A stretch of DNA of 32,000 nucleotides from Nitrososphaera viennensis EN76 (GCF_000698785.1 NZ_CP007536.1:1770001-1802000); one strand, 5' to 3'; shown: positions 14,652 to 22,621, counted from the first letter of the stretch. The notes: generated by a model from the letters alone, not told the origin. Program-made: numbers and translations.

Positions 14652-15454
14652 CACTTTTCTATCCTGCCGCCCAGCCTTGAAATATCCTTCAGTATCTGCC
14701 CCGAAATGCGCTCAAGCATCTTTGCCACCTGCTTTTCGTCGGTGCCCTTGCATACGAGGTGCACCCTGATCCTTGGCGTTGTTTTTTTGTAATAGCCCCG
14801 TGGGTGCGTCTTTAGGTACACCGCGTCGCGGGGGTTTGCGTCCACGATTTTCACGAGCGCCGGCGCTATCATGCCCTCAGAGACGCCCGTGACGAAATAG
14901 TTCGCCTCCTTTGAGACAAAGCTGCCGACGCCTTTTCGTACAAGAGGCAGGACGTGCTCTTTGAAAATAGCCTTCATTTCCACTGGAACGCCGGGAACGC
15001 AAAACACCTTCGTGCCGGCATCGTCTATCACAATAGAAGGCGCGCTCCCCACCGGGTTTTCAATCGGCTCCGACCCTTCGGGTATCGTGGCCATCTTCAG
15101 CCTGACCTTGTTTATCCTGTAGTGCAAGTGGCGCCTCCTGTAGCTGTTCTTCAGCATCTCTGCCGCAGCCTTGTCAAGGACGACTCTTCTTCCAAGCGCC
15201 CGCGCCACCCCTTCAAGCGTCATGTCGTCATAGGTCGCGCCGAGGCCGCCCGTCGTTATCAATATGTCCGGCCTGCGCCCAAGCGACTCTTTGACCGCCG
15301 ACGAAATGGCGTCCAGCTCGTCCCTGACGACTGTCACCCTGCTGACCGTGCCGCCTGCTTTTGCCACCTGCGCGGCTATCCAGTGCGCGTTCGTGTTGAG
15401 CGTGATGCCTGACAAAAGCTCGTTTCCGACGCACAGTATTTCAACGATCATCAT
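14651..15454 (-). CDS. CinA-like / molybdopterin-binding (MoCF_BD) domain protein
   Basis: 267 aa. The opening VEILCVGNELLSGITLNTNAHWIAAQVAKAGG..VVRDE is followed by ILITTGGLGATYDDMT, typical of the CinA N-terminal domain. Confidence 0.85.
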   Translation of the reverse strand: MMIVEILCVGNELLSGITLNTNAHWIAAQVAKAGGTVSRVTVVRDELDAISSAVKESLGRRPDILITTGGLGATYDDMTLEGVARALGRRVVLDKAAAEMLKNSYRRRHLHYRINKVRLKMATIPEGSEPIENPVGSAPSIVIDDAGTKVFCVPGVPVEMKAIFKEHVLPLVRKGVGSFVSKEANYFVTGVSEGMIAPALVKIVDANPRDAVYLKTHPRGYYKKTTPRIRVHLVCKGTDEKQVAKMLERISGQILKDISRLGGRIEK

Positions 15455-16116
15455 GCCTGGAATATCCTGCTCAGCATGATAAGCTCCGGTCCGCTGGTCA
15501 GGCTTCCGACTACGACTGCTTTCGTGTTTGCGACGATCCCGGAAGACAGGAACGGGACCCCGCCGTTAATCGTCAATGGCTCGGCCGGCACCTGCAGCGC
15601 CTCCGACACCGCCTTTACCTCGTCCTCGGTCGCCTTTGGGTGCACGCCTGCACCGGCGTTCGTGGCGACTATCATCGAGCCGGCCTGCACAAAGCCTCCT
15701 ACTTCCATGCGGTGCGCCGGCACGCCAAGCACGTCTCGCACCTGCTCGTCCGCCTCGCTTTCAAGCAGCGGGGAAACAATGGCGCCGTTGTCGTTTGCCG
15801 CAATCAGGTTCCCGACCGCGGTGAACCTGCTCTTTACTCTTTCAACTTTCAGGCGCGTGCGCTCCCGCAGGAACTGAACCTCGTCTTCCTCCGCTATGGG
15901 CGGAAGCAGTATGCCGTTGTTGTTCATGACCGTCATGGGGCCCAGAAGGCGCGTGCCGGCGACCGACGCGTGGACCTCATCCACCTGCAGGTACTCGGAG
16001 AGCTTTTCCGTCTTGGTCTCGGCAAAGCCGTGGGGGATCAGCATCACCTTGTCGTTTGCCCTGACGAATATCCCTATGTTGGGGCTCTTGTAGACTGTAT
16101 AGCGGTAGATCGCCAA
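15451..16116 (-). CDS. eif6: translation initiation factor 6 (aIF6)
   Basis: 221 aa. Repeated pentein-type segments: SPNIGIFVRANDKVMLIP, GTRLLGPMTVMNNNGILLP, AVGNLIAANDNGAIVSP, QAGSMIVATNAGAGVHP, FLSSGIVANTKAVVVG. ATGA overlap with the downstream gene. Confidence 0.9.
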   Translation of the reverse strand: MAIYRYTVYKSPNIGIFVRANDKVMLIPHGFAETKTEKLSEYLQVDEVHASVAGTRLLGPMTVMNNNGILLPPIAEEDEVQFLRERTRLKVERVKSRFTAVGNLIAANDNGAIVSPLLESEADEQVRDVLGVPAHRMEVGGFVQAGSMIVATNAGAGVHPKATEDEVKAVSEALQVPAEPLTINGGVPFLSSGIVANTKAVVVGSLTSGPELIMLSRIFQA

Positions 16117-16250
16117 CTGCAGTGTAACATGCTCGCGATGGGCGCAGGGGATATGAACCTATTGCACCTGCGCAGCAGCTAAAGTCTTATCTGTCGCGCG
16201 GTGGATAATGCCATTGAGGCAAGTAAAAGTTGCTGGACCTAGTTGCAACA

Positions 16251-16505
16251 ATGATAGTCGCCGGGGCGGCAAGCGCGCCGCCGTCCAACGCCATGTCGCC
16301 GGTAGCAATGGCCTCTGTGGTTGCCGGGTCTGCCGTGTTCCTTGCGCTGATGACGCTCGTGGCGCACGCCAGCTACAAGAGGAAGAAGGAGCACGACTGG
16401 CATGTCGCCGAGTGGCACAGGGCCGAGTCGGAGGCCTGGATGCAACGGCGACGAGAACAACAACAGCAGCAAAAAGACCAGAACGACCGGGAAATGCTGC
16501 ACTAG
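16251..16505 (+). CDS. hypothetical small membrane protein
   Basis: ATG at 16251. One hydrophobic helix (VAMASVVAGSAVFLALMTLVA), then a charged Q-rich tail. The region is GC-rich and several frames are open, so the call is weak. Confidence 0.3.
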   Translation: MIVAGAASAPPSNAMSPVAMASVVAGSAVFLALMTLVAHASYKRKKEHDWHVAEWHRAESEAWMQRRREQQQQQKDQNDREMLH

Positions 16506-16569
16506 AGCCGGAAAATATATGTGCGCGCATGGGCGCGTGTGTGTAGAGCCCGTCTCCAGAGCATGTTAT

Positions 16570-16652
16570 GCCGCTGTTACTTTCTCAGCAGCTTGAACGC
16601 GTGGTTGCCGCTGTTACTTTCTCAGCAGCTTGAACGCGTGGTTGCCGCTGTT
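16570..16652. repeat. 37-bp tandem duplication (2 full copies plus 9 nt) spanning the stop codon of the F420-reductase-like gene
   Basis: Read directly: gccgctgttactttctcagcagcttgaacgcgtggtt at 16570-16606 and 16607-16643, then gccgctgtt at 16644-16652. The unit encodes ..NHAFKLLRK-stop on the minus strand. Confidence 0.9.
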
Positions 16653-17255
16653 CGTGCGGAAATAGTGGACTATCCACAGCATCGCCAGTGGCTCCAGCAG
16701 CCGCGCCCCTTCGATGCCTCCGATGTCGACGGTCTCCCAGCCAAGCGAAAATGCTATGCCGCGCACCAGGTTTTTGGCGCCATCGTCGTTTCCGCACACA
16801 AACATCGTCGGCCTGCCGCCTGCAAAGTCGGGGTGCAGCATGAGAGGGTTTCCGACGATGTTGAACGCCTTGACTACCTTGGCGTCGGGAAGCAGGCGCT
16901 GGACGGTTTCGCCGGCCGAGTCGGTATGGCCCACCGCAAGCCTGGGCGGCATCGTGGAATAGTCAAGCGGGTTTGTCACGTCGATCACAACCTTGCCTGC
17001 AAAATTGGCCGGGCCGCCGGCCATCTCTATCGCGCTCTGCGTGCCGGTCCACAACGTCGCTATTGTAATGATGTCGCCAAACGCGGCGGCCTCTGCAAAG
17101 CTGCCGGCAGACGCTTTCTTGCCGCCGTGCTTTTCAACCCACGCCGCCAGCTTTTGCGGGTCGCGCGTGCCTATCTTCACGTCGTGCCCGAGTTCGATAA
17201 AGCCGTCGCCAAGCCTTTGCCCCACTTCGCCGGAGCCAATGATGCCTACCTTCAT
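16614..17255 (-). CDS. NADP oxidoreductase, coenzyme F420-dependent family (NpdG-like)
   Basis: 213 aa. Rossmann N-terminus MKVGIIGSGEVGQRLG..GHDVKIGTRDP. Overall length and pattern match F420-dependent NADP reductase / ProC-like proteins. Confidence 0.8.
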   Translation of the reverse strand: MKVGIIGSGEVGQRLGDGFIELGHDVKIGTRDPQKLAAWVEKHGGKKASAGSFAEAAAFGDIITIATLWTGTQSAIEMAGGPANFAGKVVIDVTNPLDYSTMPPRLAVGHTDSAGETVQRLLPDAKVVKAFNIVGNPLMLHPDFAGGRPTMFVCGNDDGAKNLVRGIAFSLGWETVDIGGIEGARLLEPLAMLWIVHYFRTNSGNHAFKLLRK

Positions 17256-17291
17256 GCCGCAATTTCATAGTCAGAATGCGCATTTAAGAAG

Positions 17292-17531
17292 CTAGGAGAG
17301 GCCCTCGTTTCTCTTTGAGAGCATCCTTCTCACGTACTCGTTTATCTTCTCTCTCATCGCAGGGTCGCCCTCCACCTTCTCTCTCAATTTTGGGTCCGTG
17401 TAGTCTATTGAGATATATTCGACCCTGTTTTCCTGTGCATAGTAGCGGTACCTCACGATGGCTTTTGCCTTCCTGTCACCCTCAACCTGGAACTCTAGCG
17501 CAACCTGGCCATAAACAAAGGACGCGGGCAT
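17292..17531 (-). CDS. hypothetical protein
   Basis: Internal ATG chosen (MPASFVYGQVALEFQVEGDRK...), because the full track ORF would overlap the 5' end of the divergent gene at 17607. No motif recognised. Confidence 0.35.
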   Translation of the reverse strand: MPASFVYGQVALEFQVEGDRKAKAIVRYRYYAQENRVEYISIDYTDPKLREKVEGDPAMREKINEYVRRMLSKRNEGLS

Positions 17532-17606
17532 ATGCTGTATGTTGAGATGTGCATGAACAACAGTTAAAATAAACTGTTCCCTTACCAACGGGGGCGAATA
17601 TAAGAC

Positions 17607-17981
17607 ATGGAGCAAGCAGACGAAAGCCTGCCGGAGCTTTTGGAGCTGAACTACTTTTCGTTCTCGCTAATGAAGAACAACCGCGAGTTCTCGCTCCATG
17701 TAGAGTCGTCGGACTTTGGCCTCTCGATAGACTTTGCCATGAAGTACGGCGAGTTCTACGACATCGTAAACCTCATGCAGGCGGTGCTCTACGACGACGG
17801 GTACAAGGGCGGCCCCAAGGACCTCGATTACCTGGAGTTTGAGAAGGACAACGAGAACGGCGAGTACTGTTTGGTGATAGGCAAGTACGTCTCTAGCTTT
17901 GCTCTGTACTTCAAGGACGACATGGAGGCCAAGAAATTCCTCTCAGAGTTCCAGCGCATAGCCGGCGCGTTTGACAAGTAA
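17607..17981 (+). CDS. hypothetical acidic protein
   Basis: 124-aa ORF with an ATG start and the TATA-like aatataag just upstream. No motif recognised. Confidence 0.45.
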   Translation: MEQADESLPELLELNYFSFSLMKNNREFSLHVESSDFGLSIDFAMKYGEFYDIVNLMQAVLYDDGYKGGPKDLDYLEFEKDNENGEYCLVIGKYVSSFALYFKDDMEAKKFLSEFQRIAGAFDK

Positions 17982-18035
17982 CTTTGCGTCGCAGCATTTG
18001 AGAAGCATTGGTCAGGCGCACGGTTCGGTATCTGC

Positions 18036-18266
18036 CTAGACAAGTTTCAAGAACTGATCTTTTGTCAGCCCTGCCTGTTCTATGATTGAGAGCAACGTCC
18101 TTGGAGCAATTTCGTCGTGCCTTGGGACCGTGACATTGTGGACACCATCTGAGAAATACATGTGGCTGCCCTTGCCATGCTTGTACTGGTAGCCCAGCTT
18201 TTGCAGAACCTTTACAACATCCTTCCAAGAAAGGACTGGAAGCTTGCTAGGCTGACGATATTTCAA
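18036..18266 (-). CDS. hicA: HicA-family mRNA interferase toxin
   Basis: 76 aa. SWKDVVKVLQKLGYQYKHGKGSHMYFSDGVHNVTVPRHDEIAPRTLLSIIEQAGL matches the HicA/YcfA pattern (GSH...P.H). Confidence 0.8.
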   Translation of the reverse strand: MKYRQPSKLPVLSWKDVVKVLQKLGYQYKHGKGSHMYFSDGVHNVTVPRHDEIAPRTLLSIIEQAGLTKDQFLKLV

Positions 18267-18492
18267 TTACTGTCTTCTGTTCCAGTACCTTGTTTTTAAC
18301 CTGTACCTTGGATCTGACCTTCTGGAATTCTTGAGGGAACGCCTCGATGTACCCTTCTATGGCTTCCTTGATGTTGGCCATGGCCTCGTCCAGCGTTTTG
18401 CCTTGGCTGACTGCACCCGGCAGCTCTGCGCACTGGACGCTATACCATCCGTCCTCGTATTCTATCTTGATGGTAAAGTTGTAGAGCGCCAC
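18247..18492 (-). CDS. hicB: HicB-family antitoxin (UPF0150-type N-domain only)
   Basis: 81 aa. FTIKIEYEDGWYSVQCAELPGAVSQGKTLDEAMANIKEAIEGYIEAF is the typical HicB partial RNase-H-like fold pattern. It overlaps hicA by 20 nt. Confidence 0.75.
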   Translation of the reverse strand: MALYNFTIKIEYEDGWYSVQCAELPGAVSQGKTLDEAMANIKEAIEGYIEAFPQEFQKVRSKVQVKNKVLEQKTVIEISSA

Positions 18493-18648
18493 AATCCTTC
18501 ACCAGAATCTAGCGGTAATCTGGAATATAAATATATGATAACCGGGAATCGCATCGTTCTAGCCAGCAGATGCGGGACGTACGCGGTGGCAGCACTGTAG
18601 TTTGACTAAAGGGTTTATTACGAGCCCCTATATTGACAAAAAGCAGTG

Positions 18649-19584
18649 ATGCCCAACCACTTTTACGACCGCGACATCGTCTCCATAAAGGACTTTTCCA
18701 AGGCCGACCTCGAGTACGTCTTTTCGGCAACCGACAAGATCAGGACGATGACGCCGTGCGAGCGCGGGGAGCTTGGCAAGGGCAGGACGCTTGGCTACAT
18801 ATTCTACGAGCCGAGCACCAGGACGAGGATGAGCTTTGAGGCGGCGATGGCGTCGCTTGGCGGAAGCTTTATCGGCATTTCAGAGTTAAAGTCGTCGTCG
18901 GTGGAAAAGGGCGAAAGCCTCGCCGACACCATCAGGATTATCGACCTTTACTCTGACGTCATCGTATTGAGGCACCCGATGGACGGCTCTAGCAGGTTTG
19001 CTGCCGAGCTGTCGACAAACCCGATAATAAACGCGGGGAGCGGGAGCGAGGAGCACCCGACGCAGGCGCTTTTGGATTTGTACACGATCATGAAGGAAAA
19101 GGGCGGGATCGACGGTCTTTCTATCGCAATAGTGGGCGACCTGAAATACGGGAGGACCGTGTATTCTCTGCTGTACGGCCTTGCCAACTATCGCGTCGAC
19201 GTGCACCTCGTGTCGCCGCCGTCGCTTGCGGTGAGAAAAGAGTCGATATACGATGTGCAGGGCAAGCTCAAGATAAAGGAGCACAACGAGCTTGGCGATG
19301 TGCTTGCGCACGCTGATGTATTGTACGTGACGAGGATTCAGCGCGAGCGCTTTCCAGACGTGCAGGAGTACGAGAAGGTCAAGGGCTCGTACACCGTCGA
19401 CAGCGCGACGCTGGAAAAGGCAAAGCAGGATGTAGCGGTGATGCATCCGCTTCCGAGGCTCGACGAGATATCGCACTCTATTGACTACACCAAGAACGCG
19501 GTCTACTTCAAGCAGGCGGCGTACGGAAAAGAGTTGAGGGCAGCGCTTTTGGCGCTGATGTTAAATGAGAGCCCGCCGCTATAG
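18649..19584 (+). CDS. pyrB: aspartate carbamoyltransferase catalytic subunit
   Basis: Motifs FYEPSTRTRMSFEAA, HPTQALLD, HPLPR and LRHP. ATG at 18649 is the second codon of the track ORF. Confidence 0.92.
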   Translation: MPNHFYDRDIVSIKDFSKADLEYVFSATDKIRTMTPCERGELGKGRTLGYIFYEPSTRTRMSFEAAMASLGGSFIGISELKSSSVEKGESLADTIRIIDLYSDVIVLRHPMDGSSRFAAELSTNPIINAGSGSEEHPTQALLDLYTIMKEKGGIDGLSIAIVGDLKYGRTVYSLLYGLANYRVDVHLVSPPSLAVRKESIYDVQGKLKIKEHNELGDVLAHADVLYVTRIQRERFPDVQEYEKVKGSYTVDSATLEKAKQDVAVMHPLPRLDEISHSIDYTKNAVYFKQAAYGKELRAALLALMLNESPPL

Positions 19585-19599
19585 CTAAATTGGCAGCTC

Positions 19600-19605
19600 T
19601 TTTTT
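19600..19605 (+). terminator. oligo-T run after pyrB (candidate archaeal terminator)
   Basis: T6 read directly, 16 nt after the pyrB stop. Confidence 0.3.
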
Positions 19606-19680
19606 ACAGATATTGTAGCCGGATTCTTGGCTAGGCCGAGCGAGTAAACCTTTTGGCATCCTCAACGCAAAGAAGAAGCA

Positions 19681-20292
19681 GTGGTAAAAACTAGCAGGAA
19701 CGAAAAACTCTGGCGCACCATATCCAAGCTCGACAGGCAGTCTGATAAGGAAAAAAGCGGCAGGGCACGGGTCAAGCCTGGCGAGGAAATGCTTGCCATC
19801 ACCGCTGATACCGGCATGTTCTTCCATATCCTCCTCAAGGCGATCAAGGCAAAGCGCGTGCTTGAAGTCGGCACGTCTACTGGGTTTTCCACGCTCTGGC
19901 TTGCAGATGCCGTCGGCAAAAGCGGCCGAGTCGTGACCATAGAAAACGATCCACTAAAGATAGCAAGGGCAAAAAAGAATTTCCAAGATGCCGGCGTCGA
20001 CAAAATAATTGAAGTGCGGCAGGGGATTGCCCTTGACGTCCTGCACAAACTGAAAGGGAGGTTTGATTTCGTGCTCCTTGACGCCGACAAGGAGAACATT
20101 ATCAAGTATTTCAACCTCGTCCTGCCACTGGTGAGGATAGGGGGCATAATCGCTGCAGACAACATGCTCTTTCCGCCGCCTTACCGCCGGACGATGAAAA
20201 AATATGCGCACCACGTGCAGAACCACCCGCAGGTTCAGTCGGTAACAGTGCCGATAGGAATGGGCGAAGAGATCACGATAAAGCTGCGCTAG
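19681..20292 (+). CDS. class I SAM-dependent O-methyltransferase (caffeoyl-CoA OMT-like)
   Basis: 203 aa. VLEVGTSTGFSTLWLA (motif I), VVTIENDP, FDFVLLDADKENIIKYF, GGIIAADNMLF. The start may be GTG 19681 or a later ATG. Confidence 0.8.
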   Translation: MVKTSRNEKLWRTISKLDRQSDKEKSGRARVKPGEEMLAITADTGMFFHILLKAIKAKRVLEVGTSTGFSTLWLADAVGKSGRVVTIENDPLKIARAKKNFQDAGVDKIIEVRQGIALDVLHKLKGRFDFVLLDADKENIIKYFNLVLPLVRIGGIIAADNMLFPPPYRRTMKKYAHHVQNHPQVQSVTVPIGMGEEITIKLR

Positions 20293-20322
20293 GCGGTCTC
20301 TAATGCCTAAGCGCAAGCGAGC

Positions 20323-20586
20323 TCATTGTGTTACTGGCACCGAGCCTGCGGCCATCGCAAGCACTGCAAGCGCCTTTACCAGCTGGCCGGCCTCCGCCTC
20401 GCGCCCAATGGCCTGTGTCTTTGAACCGGAGCCGAGGGTGTCAAGGGCGCCCTTGGCGGCAAAAAGCGAGTTTTCCCGCTCGGCCTGCGCTGCCCTCCGC
20501 TCGATGTCCTGCGCGCTTACCACTTTTGCACTCTGTGTCTTATGCATGCCACAGGATAAAAGAACTAACTGAAAACCTGCCGTCAT
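20323..20586 (-). CDS. hypothetical Ala-rich helical protein
   Basis: Start at an internal ATG (MTAGFQLVLLSCGMHKTQSAKVVSAQDIERRAAQAERE...). The region is GC-rich with all strands open, so the frame was chosen on composition only. Confidence 0.3.
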   Translation of the reverse strand: MTAGFQLVLLSCGMHKTQSAKVVSAQDIERRAAQAERENSLFAAKGALDTLGSGSKTQAIGREAEAGQLVKALAVLAMAAGSVPVTQ

Positions 20587-20615
20587 GCAGTCGATTCCGG
20601 CCGCCCAGTTTATTA

Positions 20616-20631
20616 GTAAGAAATTTCTTAC
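20616..20631. promoter_or_regulatory. perfect 16-bp palindrome GTAAGAAATTTCTTAC just upstream of the mazE-like gene
   Basis: Read directly. It is followed by catttatag and ATG 20644. A candidate autoregulation operator for the AbrB/MazE-type antitoxin. Confidence 0.45.
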
Positions 20632-20643
20632 ATTTATAGTAGC

Positions 20644-20919
20644 ATGGCGTCTGTTGAAGAGTTCAAGACCATCAAGGTATCTGAGAAAGGACAAGTTGCA
20701 ATCCCTGCAGACATCAGGAGGAAGATGGGTATCAAAAAAGGCGACAAAGTGATCTTGATTCTCAAGGGCAAGAAATTAGTCCTGGAAAAATCTGAAAGAA
20801 TTGCCAAAAAACTGGAGAATGAATTTAAAGATATAGAAGATATCTCAGAACATTCGTTAAGGGAGGTCTGGGACAACAAGCAGGACGAAATATGGAATCA
20901 ATACATCGTGGAGTCATGA
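20644..20919 (+). CDS. mazE: AbrB/MazE/SpoVT-family antitoxin
   Basis: 91 aa. IKVSEKGQVAIPADIRRKMGIKKGDKVILILKGKKLVLEK is the swapped-hairpin AbrB pattern. Confidence 0.75.
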   Translation: MASVEEFKTIKVSEKGQVAIPADIRRKMGIKKGDKVILILKGKKLVLEKSERIAKKLENEFKDIEDISEHSLREVWDNKQDEIWNQYIVES

Positions 20920-20923
20920 CTAA

Positions 20924-21259
20924 TTGGTTTCGCAACGAGACATCGTTCTTGTAACTTTTCCTTTTTCAGACAGGAGCGGGACGAAAGTCAGGCCTGTGCT
21001 TGTAATTTCAAATGACGTTTACAACGCCAAGTTTGATGACTTTATTGGAATTCCCATCACATCAAATACCAATCTTAGAGACTATACTATATCCGTCACA
21101 AACAAAAAGCTAGAAAGTGGAAACCTGCTTGTTGCAAGTGTTATCAAGGTGGACAAGATTACAAGCATAGATCAGGCATTGGTCAGGAAAACCATTGGAA
21201 AAGTGAAAAAACAAGTCCACGAAGATGCCAAGAACATGCTTGCCTCGCTACTCAACTAA
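20924..21259 (+). CDS. mazF: MazF/PemK-family endoribonuclease toxin
   Basis: 111 aa with a TTG start 4 nt after the mazE stop. RDIVLVTFPFSDRSGTKVRPVLVISNDVYN...IGIPITSN is the PemK pattern. Confidence 0.8.
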   Translation: MVSQRDIVLVTFPFSDRSGTKVRPVLVISNDVYNAKFDDFIGIPITSNTNLRDYTISVTNKKLESGNLLVASVIKVDKITSIDQALVRKTIGKVKKQVHEDAKNMLASLLN

Positions 21260-21840
21260 AAGGATGTATTTGGCATGAAGAAGCTCCCTGAAATAGATCT
21301 CAAAGAACTGGAGAAGCTGAAGGAAGAGAATTTCAAGGAGAGACTGGGTCTTCATACAGTCTAGCTTGAAAATTAGTCTAGGCTGACTGAAGTTATTCCA
21401 GTAGTGAGGCCCGTTGTAGAGATCGCAGATGCCGATTCAAATAGGGCGTCTTCAAATTTAGTAGACCCCGTGGCAAAACTCACGATAGGTGCTGTAACCA
21501 AAGAGAGAGGGAGGTGGAGACATTGAATTCGATGACAACTAGGCTGCTCCGTTGACGTAGTTTTCTTTCGTGGTAAAATTACTGAATCGCTAGCAGGAGT
21601 GAATTTAATGGTGGCCGAAGTGAATATATCTCTAATGAGGAAATCAACAAGAAGAATCCTCTTTAACAGAACTGATGGCAGAAGTGGTGGTAGTTTTCAC
21701 TCTCGACCGGGATACCTGAAAAATGGTCCAAGTAGGCACAATAGTATCGATTGCAATCATAGTAGTCCCGCTCTTTCTTCCTCCTGTTTTCTCAATCATC
21801 GTATAATACGGCAGTCACCACCCGCGTAGGCTCCGTTAAC

Positions 21841-22476
21841 TTAGCCACCATCCTTGGCCAGGAATGTCATAAACCGTATCATGTCTGCGCCCATATGCAG
21901 GTACAGTAAAAATAATTTGAACCAGTTCCAGACATGCTGTCTGTCACAATTCTCCTTCCTGCATGGAAAGTGGTCGTCAAAACACTCCGTCCTGTCCTTG
22001 ATATGCTGTATAAACCGCTCCATCAAATTCTTCAATTCTGTACCGTACACATAATGGCGTAATCTGAGCCACCTGCAAGCATCATTGTACCACTGAGCAC
22101 CGTCTGTGAATATCGGCCTCCTTCCATACCTCCTTTGCAACTGCTTGAAGAACTGGTAACATACGAAAATGGTCCTCTCACGAGACAGATGCATCATCAA
22201 GCATGTGCCAATAGTTGGTTCGTACGCTATCCATAGCCAATAGTCATGCCCATCTATCTGCAATAGTGTTTCGTCAACAAATATTGCCCTGACAAGGCGT
22301 CTGTCTGTCCGGAACCTGTCTGCAAGGCTGGAATATTTCTGTACCCATTTCCATACAGCAACGTGGCTCCTTCTCTTTATTGGTGATAGCGATCTGGCTG
22401 CCAGCCGAAAGCTCCTAGAATTAAAATACAGGTACAGTGCATATCTGATTATAGCTGGGTCTGTCCTCTTTCTCAT
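21841..22476 (-). CDS. IS6/IS240-type DDE transposase
   Basis: 211 aa. The DDE-like triad context is IFVDETLLQIDG..YWLWIAYEP, IFTDGAQWYNDAC and NLMERFIQHIKDRT. The stop codon lies inside the left terminal repeat. Confidence 0.85.
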   Translation of the reverse strand: MRKRTDPAIIRYALYLYFNSRSFRLAARSLSPIKRRSHVAVWKWVQKYSSLADRFRTDRRLVRAIFVDETLLQIDGHDYWLWIAYEPTIGTCLMMHLSRERTIFVCYQFFKQLQRRYGRRPIFTDGAQWYNDACRWLRLRHYVYGTELKNLMERFIQHIKDRTECFDDHFPCRKENCDRQHVWNWFKLFLLYLHMGADMIRFMTFLAKDGG

Positions 22477-22490
22477 GCCAATGAAAAGCT

Positions 22491-22530
22491 AGGACAGTCC
22501 TAGCTATACAGATTACCCTAAGTTAACAGA
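22491..22530. repeat. inner copy of a 40-bp direct repeat containing most of the IS right end
   Basis: aggacagtcctagctatacagattaccctaagttaacaga is identical to 22568-22607. It includes 13 of the 16 nt of the terminal repeat. Confidence 0.9.
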
Positions 22531-22567
22531 AGGTAAGCACAAGATGGAAGTCTATGAAAACATCAAC

Positions 22568-22607
22568 AGGACAGTCCTAGCTATACAGATTACCCTAAGT
22601 TAACAGA
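22568..22607. repeat. outer copy of the 40-bp direct repeat (true IS right end)
   Basis: Identical 40-mer. It continues gcc to complete the terminal inverted repeat at 22610. Confidence 0.9.
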
Positions 22608-22621
22608 GCCCCCGCGTATAG

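Larger units (their letters stand above)
21829..22610 (-). mobile_element. IS6-family insertion sequence (782 bp) with 8-bp target-site duplication
   Basis: Terminal inverted repeats: GGCTCCGTTAACTTAG (21829-21844) against the reverse complement of 22595-22610, GGCTCTGTTAACTTAG (15/16). Identical flanking CCCGCGTA at 21821-21828 and 22611-22618. It carries a single DDE transposase ORF. Size and the 8-bp duplication fit IS6. Confidence 0.85.

Noticed and set aside
16521-17270. A 249-aa plus-strand ORF.
   Set aside because: It is fully antisense to the F420-reductase-like gene, which has a clear Rossmann motif. Its translation is Arg/Ala-rich with no motifs.
20303-20639. Two plus-strand ORFs (89 and 103 aa) downstream of the O-methyltransferase gene.
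   Set aside because: Their translations are Ser/Ala/Pro/Cys-rich and low in complexity, in a GC-rich patch where all frames are open. The minus-strand frame reads more like a real helical protein, but even that call is weak.
21599-21829. A 76-aa plus-strand ORF ending at the IS boundary.
   Set aside because: Its translation is Ser/Arg/Asn-rich, and it runs through the target-site-duplication copy (21821-21828) to end on the first base of the IS terminal repeat (21829). It is more likely part of a decayed region.
22491-22607. Two identical 40-bp direct repeats separated by 37 bp, considered as a possible mini-CRISPR.
   Set aside because: There are only two copies. They contain the IS terminal repeat sequence and lie inside the IS boundaries defined by the 8-bp target duplication. 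They are therefore interpreted as a duplicated IS end.
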